Shown: one piece after another, positions 58,967 to 64,000 of the stretch
How the letters are laid out: every line of letters begins with the position of its first letter
Numbering within the stretch: the stretch's first letter is position 1
Source: Roseiflexaceae bacterium
Lineage (GTDB): Bacteria; Chloroflexota; Chloroflexia; Chloroflexales; Roseiflexaceae
Reading direction: 5' to 3'
Assembly (NCBI GenBank): GCA_947474225.1
Contig: CANJHS010000010.1
Span: 551-64,550 of the forward strand
Length of the DNA: 64,000 bases
Notes under the pieces: generated by a model
What the model was told of the DNA's origin: nothing
The model's database searches: none
Seen by the model: only the letters and a program-made list of their open reading frames with translations
Program-made: the position numbers and the translations under genes

Positions 58967-61441
58967 TCAATGCTCGTTCAAGTGTACAACAGTTACCCCT
59001 TCGCCACCGCTTGCGCCGCCGCCGGTCATCGATTTGACCTGACGGTGTTGGTTGAGCTGGTCGCGCAGGGCTTGGCGAAGGGCGCCGAGGCCTTTGCCAT
59101 GGATGATACGGACGTACGGCAACCCAGATCGGTAGGCGTCGTCGATATAGCGGTCGACGCGTTCGCAGGCATCGACGGCGCGCAAACCACGTACATCTAT
59201 CTCGAGCGCGACCGACGGCGCGGCCGGGATGGTGGTCTGGCGTGGCGGATTGGCTGATTCGGCTTTGGCCTTGCCGGGTCGGAGTTCGCGTAGCGGCACG
59301 GTCAAGCGAAAACCGCCCACCTGCACCTCGGCGCTGTCGTCGCCTTCGTCGATCGATACGACGTCCCCCGTCAGGTTGATCGATGCCACAAAGACCGCAT
59401 CGCCCACCTGGATTGGTCTTTTTTCTTCGACCACAGGAACGGGCGTCGCTGGCGCTTGTGGACGTCGTTGTTTGTCGATGCGCGTAGTGGCAGATTTTTG
59501 CAGGTCAGATGTGCGTTGTTGCGCGTCTTCCATCCATTTTTTGGTGATGCTGACGTTCTGCACGTCGTCGCGCAAGCGGCGCAGCTCGGCTCGTACGGCT
59601 TTGACTTCGTCGTCGATGGCCGTGGCCGCGGCGAGGCGTTCTTGTTCGAGTTGCGCCTCGAAATCACGACGCTGGACAATGAATTCGCGTTGCATGGCCA
59701 GGGCTTCGGCTTCGACCGCTGCGGCCTCGGCTAACATTTCGGCCGCTTCGCGCCGTTCTTTTTGGATGGCGGCGAGCAGGGTATCGACGTGGAGTTCTTG
59801 GTTGGGCAGGGTGGCGCGCGCTTTTTCGATAATCGCCCGTGACAAACCGAGGCGGGTCGCGATAGCCAGCGCATTGGAACGCCCAGGGACGCCAATCATC
59901 AAGCGGTAGGTGGGCGACAGTGTCTCGGCGTTGAACTCGACCGAGGCATTTTGGACGCCCGCGGTGGTATATGCGTAGGCTTTGAGTTCGGCGTAGTGGG
60001 TGGTGGCAATCGCAAAGACGCCGTAGTGCAGGATGTGGTCGATGATGGCCCGGGCCAAGGCCGATCCTTCGACCGGATCGGTTCCGGCACCGAGCTCGTC
60101 GAACAAAATGAGGACCGGCAAATCGTCCACAAAGACCGGCTCGCGCGGTTGCCAATCGGTCGGTTGGAGCATCTGGACGGTCGACGGCGCCGGTTCGATG
60201 TGGCTGTCGAGTGATGCCAGGATGCCGATGATGTTGGTCATGTGGGACGAAAAGGTCGACAGACTCTGCTCGATACTCTGTTCATCACCGATATCGGCAA
60301 AAATCCGCCCGAATACGGGCAGCGTCGATCCATCGTTGGCGGGGATGAACAAGCCGGATTGGGCCATCAGAGCGAGTAAGCCGGTGGTTTTGAGCGAGAC
60401 GGTTTTGCCACCCGTATTGGGGCCGGTGATGAGCGTGATGCGCGTCTCGTGCGGCATCGAAATGTCGGTCGGCACCACTTTGAGGGGATCGATGAGCGGA
60501 TGCCGGGCTTTGATGAGCACGATGGAGGGGTCTTGGTTGTTGTGGACGTCGATCATGACCGGCTCGGTGGCTCGCAGATGCCCTGCGAAGCGCGCTTTGG
60601 CAATCGAAAAGTCGAGCTCTGCCAAAGCGGTAATGCCAGTGCGGATATAGGTGGCTTGAGCGCCGACCATGTCGGACAGCTCGGCCAAAATCCGGGCGAC
60701 TTCGTCGGCCTCGTCGAGCTGGAGCTCGCGGAGTTTGTTGTTGAGTTCGACCACGACCAGTGGTTCAATGTAGAGCGTGATTCCTTTGCCCGATTGGTCG
60801 TGGACGAGGCCTTTGACCATGCGCTTGTGGCTGGCTTTGACTGGGACGACGTAGCGGCCGTTGCGTATGGTGACGATGGCCTCTTGGAGGGCGTCGCTGT
60901 ATTGACCAGACGAGACGATGTGTTGTAGGCGTTCTTGGACGCGCGCCATGGTGATGCGGATTTCGCTGCGCAGCGAGCCAAGTTTGGGGCTGGCCGAGTC
61001 GAGCACTTCGCCGTCGTTGTTAATCGAGCGATCGATGCGCTCTTCGATGAAAGGCAGCACTGGCAGCCGCTGAATGGCGTCGTAGAGCAGAGGAATGTGC
61101 TTGGGATCGACCGATGCAAAGCTTTGTTTGAAGCGCCGTGCGGCACCCAACGTGCGTGCTACCTCGAGCAATGAACCGGCATCGAGGACACCGCCGCGCT
61201 CGGCCAGACGTACGCTGTCGCGGATATCGCGGGCAGCGCCGATGCTCAGATCGGGGTAAGTATCGAGCAGGTAGCGCGCTTCACGCGTTTGTGCCAACGC
61301 CATGCCGATGACATAGGCGTCGCACGACGGGGTCAGCGTCTGGATCATCTGTTTGGACGCCGAAAAGCTGGCGTGTAGTGCCAGCATGTTGCGTATCGCA
61401 GGGAATTCGAGGGTCGTCAGGGTATGTTCAGGGATGTTCAT
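58967..61441 (-). CDS. mutS2: Endonuclease MutS2 (MutS domain V + Smr)
   Basis: 824 aa. Has Walker A GPNTGGKT and a C-terminal Smr domain (IIHGKGLGALR). Confidence 0.95.
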   Translation of the reverse strand: MNIPEHTLTTLEFPAIRNMLALHASFSASKQMIQTLTPSCDAYVIGMALAQTREARYLLDTYPDLSIGAARDIRDSVRLAERGGVLDAGSLLEVARTLGAARRFKQSFASVDPKHIPLLYDAIQRLPVLPFIEERIDRSINNDGEVLDSASPKLGSLRSEIRITMARVQERLQHIVSSGQYSDALQEAIVTIRNGRYVVPVKASHKRMVKGLVHDQSGKGITLYIEPLVVVELNNKLRELQLDEADEVARILAELSDMVGAQATYIRTGITALAELDFSIAKARFAGHLRATEPVMIDVHNNQDPSIVLIKARHPLIDPLKVVPTDISMPHETRITLITGPNTGGKTVSLKTTGLLALMAQSGLFIPANDGSTLPVFGRIFADIGDEQSIEQSLSTFSSHMTNIIGILASLDSHIEPAPSTVQMLQPTDWQPREPVFVDDLPVLILFDELGAGTDPVEGSALARAIIDHILHYGVFAIATTHYAELKAYAYTTAGVQNASVEFNAETLSPTYRLMIGVPGRSNALAIATRLGLSRAIIEKARATLPNQELHVDTLLAAIQKERREAAEMLAEAAAVEAEALAMQREFIVQRRDFEAQLEQERLAAATAIDDEVKAVRAELRRLRDDVQNVSITKKWMEDAQQRTSDLQKSATTRIDKQRRPQAPATPVPVVEEKRPIQVGDAVFVASINLTGDVVSIDEGDDSAEVQVGGFRLTVPLRELRPGKAKAESANPPRQTTIPAAPSVALEIDVRGLRAVDACERVDRYIDDAYRSGLPYVRIIHGKGLGALRQALRDQLNQHRQVKSMTGGGASGGEGVTVVHLNEH

Positions 61442-61998
61442 GAATTCGGTTTTTCCGGAAAGAGTTCATAGATGTCACTAAAGACAAAGGGCGCAATCAT
61501 GGATACCACCGTAGGCGATGCAGCGTCTGCCAACGGTTTGATGGTTTTGGACGACGCCACCAACGACGTGGCATGTTGGCCACCAAAGATGGTGATAGTG
61601 TCGGCCTCGGGGACGGTCAGCGAGATAAAAATAAACAGGTGCGCGACCACGCCCCACACCATCAGGCTGTTGAGCAACGCCATTGCGATGCCCGCTACCC
61701 GACTGGTCGTGGACTGCTGGTCACCGGCGATCGAGCGGGAGGTGTACAACCCCATTGCTGAGAGCAACAGGAACGTCACCGAGAATGTCGACAAAAAGGC
61801 GATTGCGTGGCTCTCGGGCAGGTTGATGTTGGCATAGAGATGCAACATATCACCGAATGTTTGGAAGTAGAGGCCGGCGAGGATCAAACAGATATACGCC
61901 AACACGCCAAAGACAATCATGCGTAGCACGCCATAGAAAAAACCGAACCCAAGTGCAATGAAGCACACGAGTAATGATGCAAAATCAAATGGATTCAT
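61438..61998 (-). CDS. cvpA: CvpA-family membrane protein
   Basis: Has a four-TM CvpA-like profile. ATG 61998 lies 7 nt after GGAGG. Its stop overlaps the mutS2 start. Confidence 0.75.
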   Translation of the reverse strand: MNPFDFASLLVCFIALGFGFFYGVLRMIVFGVLAYICLILAGLYFQTFGDMLHLYANINLPESHAIAFLSTFSVTFLLLSAMGLYTSRSIAGDQQSTTSRVAGIAMALLNSLMVWGVVAHLFIFISLTVPEADTITIFGGQHATSLVASSKTIKPLADAASPTVVSMIAPFVFSDIYELFPEKPNS

Positions 61999-62173
61999 CG
62001 TACCCTCCACCCACCAAAAGCTAAGCGATTATACCATACAGTGCATCTCTATGGTCTGAACGTGCTATGTTACAATCTGTAGTGAAGCAACAGAGATGCG
62101 ATTGTCGACAGACGACGGTCGCAGCGAGATGTGTCATTGCAACGCCATAGACACCCGTACGAAAGAGGAGTAT

Positions 62174-62665
62174 ATGCGATACCTGCGAGTATTGATTATT
62201 GTGGCAGTGCTGGGTTTGGGATATTTCTGGTACACGGGGCAGCAGCCCGTTGCCAACGACAGCACGGTCCCGACGATGGAGGTCGCACCGACGGCGACGA
62301 CTGCAGCAGCGCCGGTCACGGCGAACGCCAAAGTCGTCACCGTTACCGAGGCCGAAATCAACGAAAAACTGACCACGCCCGCAGACAGTCCCGCCAAAGT
62401 GGGCAAAGTGACGTTTCTCAAGGACGATGTCGCTGTCGAATTAATCGCCGGACCGTTGAAGGGCACCCTGCACTGCAATTTGATCGCCGAAAACGGCGTA
62501 GTCATCATCAAAGACGCCAAGATGGAAGGTATGTTGGGTACCCTCATTACCCAGATTATCCCGTTTATGCAGCAGGCAATCAACGAGCAGTTGGTAGGAA
62601 AGACGACTATCGAGCAGATACGCGTGCTCGATGGCGCGTTGGAAGTGACCTTCGCAGCCCAGTAG
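62174..62665 (+). CDS. Hypothetical membrane-anchored protein
   Basis: ATG 62174 lies after AGAGGAG. Has an N-terminal TM (LRVLIIVAVLGLGYFWY), a Pro/Thr/Ala linker and a ~110-aa globular part. No family recognised. Confidence 0.55.
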   Translation: MRYLRVLIIVAVLGLGYFWYTGQQPVANDSTVPTMEVAPTATTAAAPVTANAKVVTVTEAEINEKLTTPADSPAKVGKVTFLKDDVAVELIAGPLKGTLHCNLIAENGVVIIKDAKMEGMLGTLITQIIPFMQQAINEQLVGKTTIEQIRVLDGALEVTFAAQ

Positions 62666-62675
62666 GCGCATGGTG
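62618..62675 (+). repeat. Direct repeat copy A (3-prime end of 62174-62665 plus its stop codon)
   Basis: 53 of 58 nt are identical to 63421-63478. Weaker similarity continues to about 62735 versus about 63531, including the shared GCACGCCGTGGTT. Confidence 0.85.
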
Positions 62676-62985
62676 TTTGGTAACAATCCTATATTGGTCA
62701 AATAATACGAGAAGCACGGCACGCCGTGGTTTTCGTGTTCGTTTTCGACGAAACGCAGCGAGCTACAAGACACATACGGCGCGTTCCTCGTTCGAACGCC
62801 CTGCTCGGGCGGATGTGCCTCTACACCCTCTGCACCCCCTGTGCGGGAGAAACCACGCGCAAATACTGCGCTTGGTATCGTTATAATATAAAGACATTAT
62901 CAAGAATTAGTGTTTATTATTGCAAAACTTTCTGTAAGTTGCTAGTATGACAACGTATATAGTGTTAACTGAAATGGAATAATGC

Positions 62986-63276
62986 ATGCGCACTCTTGGC
63001 TGGATTTTTTTGCCATTCGTGATGATCTTCAAAAACTGGAAACAACGCACTGGCGTTGCCAATCTGATTGGTAGCTTGTTCGCCATCTGCATGCTATCGT
63101 TTTACACCATACTCATAGTCGGATCTCTATACGGTGGTGCGTTGGCAGATATCCCATTCGATCTCCGTGGCAGAGGCTGTGGCGTATACCAACCATGTAA
63201 ACCTGCTGCAGCGACCGCCACCCCCATCCCCCGGACCGCCACCCCCATTCCACGGACCGCCACCCCCCTCCCATAA
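62986..63276 (+). CDS. Small two-TM protein with a TATPIPR-repeat tail; probably the still-open 5-prime part of a decayed paralog of 62174-62665
   Basis: A promoter-like TTGCAA-17-TAGTAT lies at 62920-62948. The ORF is in the same frame as the EVTFAAE-stop remnant at 63445-63468. The RBS is weak. Confidence 0.35.
   Translation: MRTLGWIFLPFVMIFKNWKQRTGVANLIGSLFAICMLSFYTILIVGSLYGGALADIPFDLRGRGCGVYQPCKPAAATATPIPRTATPIPRTATPLP
63214..63272 (+). repeat. 21-nt tandem repeat, ~2.8 copies (ACCGCCACCCCCATCCCCCGG)
   Basis: Copies start at 63214, 63235 and 63256. They encode TATPIPR repeats in the frame of ORF 62986. Confidence 0.85.
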
Positions 63277-63420
63277 CTGCGACGACACAAACCCTAGCGT
63301 CACTCGCCAAAACTGCCGCAGCCAAATTGCCAAAATACAGAAAAGCACGACGGAGGCACGCAACAGATTGCGTGTCTCCGTTTCACCCGCTCCTCAACTC
63401 CAACATGAGACTTTGAACGT

Positions 63421-63478
63421 ATACGCGTGCGCGCTGGCGTGTTGGAAGTGACCTTCGCAGCAGAGTAGGCGCATGGTG
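63421..63478 (+). repeat. Direct repeat copy B (gene-end remnant)
   Basis: ATACGCGTGCGCGCTGGCGTGTTGGAAGTGACCTTCGCAGCAGAGTAGGCGCATGGTG lies 803 bp downstream of copy A. Confidence 0.85.
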
Positions 63479-63633
63479 GCGTGGGAACATCGAACTCTAT
63501 ATACATCCGAGACGACGCACGCCGTGGTTCACGGGTGTACTGTGTCTATCGATTGAATCAAATGACAATGTCATATTATGAAATACTGTATATTCGATAT
63601 AATCGTCTTACTAATCAGTAGGACACACCCCCC

Positions 63634-64000
63634 ATGAACCTCACCAAATCCAAATAAAGTATCGCCGATCACGGCGAAGTATTCACACCGGTCTGGATGG
63701 TCGAGGCCATGCTCGACATGGTCAAAGCCGAGACTGAGCGCATTGATTCGCGCTTCCCCGAGCCGGCCTGTGGCGACGGCAACTTCCTCGTGCAGGTCCT
63801 GCGCCGCAAACTGGCCGCCGTACAGCACAAATACGGCGCATCCGACTTCGAGTGCACGCACTACGCCCTGCTCGGGCTGATGTGCATCTACGGCATCGAG
63901 CTGCTGGCCGACAATATCGCTGACTGCCGCGCCAACTTGCTGGCCATCTATGCCGCCTACCTCCAGCTCAGTACCAGCGACGAACACACCGGGCTGCCTG
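63634..64000 (+). pseudogene. N6-adenine-type DNA methyltransferase, 5-prime part, with an in-frame TAA at codon 8 (possible pseudogene or sequencing error); continues beyond the right edge
   Basis: The frame reads MNLTKSK-stop-SIADHGEVFTPVWMVEAMLDMV ... RFPEPACGDGNFLVQVL. The GEVFTP segment and the AdoMet motif I-like EPACGDGNFL are present. The frame is open to position 64000 and is missing from the ORF track because it is open-ended. Confidence 0.55.

Noticed and set aside
62618-63478. 803-bp-spaced direct repeats interpreted as attL/attR of a small integrated element
   Set aside because: There is no integrase or transposase. The interval starts with an ORF in the same frame and with the same architecture as the upstream gene, so a decayed tandem paralog is more parsimonious.
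63571-63987. 138-aa minus-strand ORF
   Set aside because: It is antisense to the methyltransferase frame, which carries recognisable AdoMet-binding motifs.
1-64000. Search for tRNA, rRNA, CRISPR arrays, IS elements/transposases, integrases, toxin-antitoxin pairs
   Set aside because: None was recognised by eye. I saw no tRNA-like T-arm/acceptor ends in intergenic regions, no regularly spaced repeat arrays, and no DDE or tyrosine-recombinase-like ORFs. A proper scan with tRNAscan-SE, Infernal/Rfam and ISfinder would be needed for certainty.

Overview
This 64-kb window is chromosomal DNA from a moderately GC-rich bacterium. Hand counts give about 60% G+C in coding lines and 15-25% in some intergenic tracts. 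It is densely packed with about 58 protein genes, almost all core housekeeping. They include hisC, rex, pgi, coaE, rimO, dcd, murJ, typA, hup, recN, parAB, lutABC, valS, mutS2, tsaC and two ABC exporters. Gene content and order suggest a Terrabacteria or Chloroflexota-like lineage: cvpA-mutS2, a RodZ-like protein, LysM/M23 wall enzymes, and a giant O-antigen-ligase+TPR membrane protein. That placement is inference only. I saw no rRNA, tRNA, CRISPR array, transposase or integrase. Many ORF-track entries are antisense or alternate-frame shadow ORFs, or carry spurious N-terminal extensions. Start codons were re-picked from RBS position and family N-termini. The most notable signals are noncoding. 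(1) A dense DnaA-box cluster (3 perfect, 4 one-mismatch boxes in 473 bp) lies upstream of typA. It is a candidate oriC or DnaA reservoir unlinked to dnaA. (2) Two perfect parS sites sit upstream of parA. (3) An ~0.9-kb extremely AT-rich noncoding island upstream of hup contains a 42/41-nt tandem, iteron-like repeat. Coding oddities are as follows:
- an MtaD-like amidohydrolase fused to a variant CYTH domain
- an orphan CuA-type cupredoxin
- stand-alone OppD/OppF ATPases
- at the right edge, a decayed tandem paralog followed by a DNA methyltransferase gene with an in-frame stop at codon 8, possibly the edge of an accessory region

I did not find a clearly delimited novel multi-gene system in the window.
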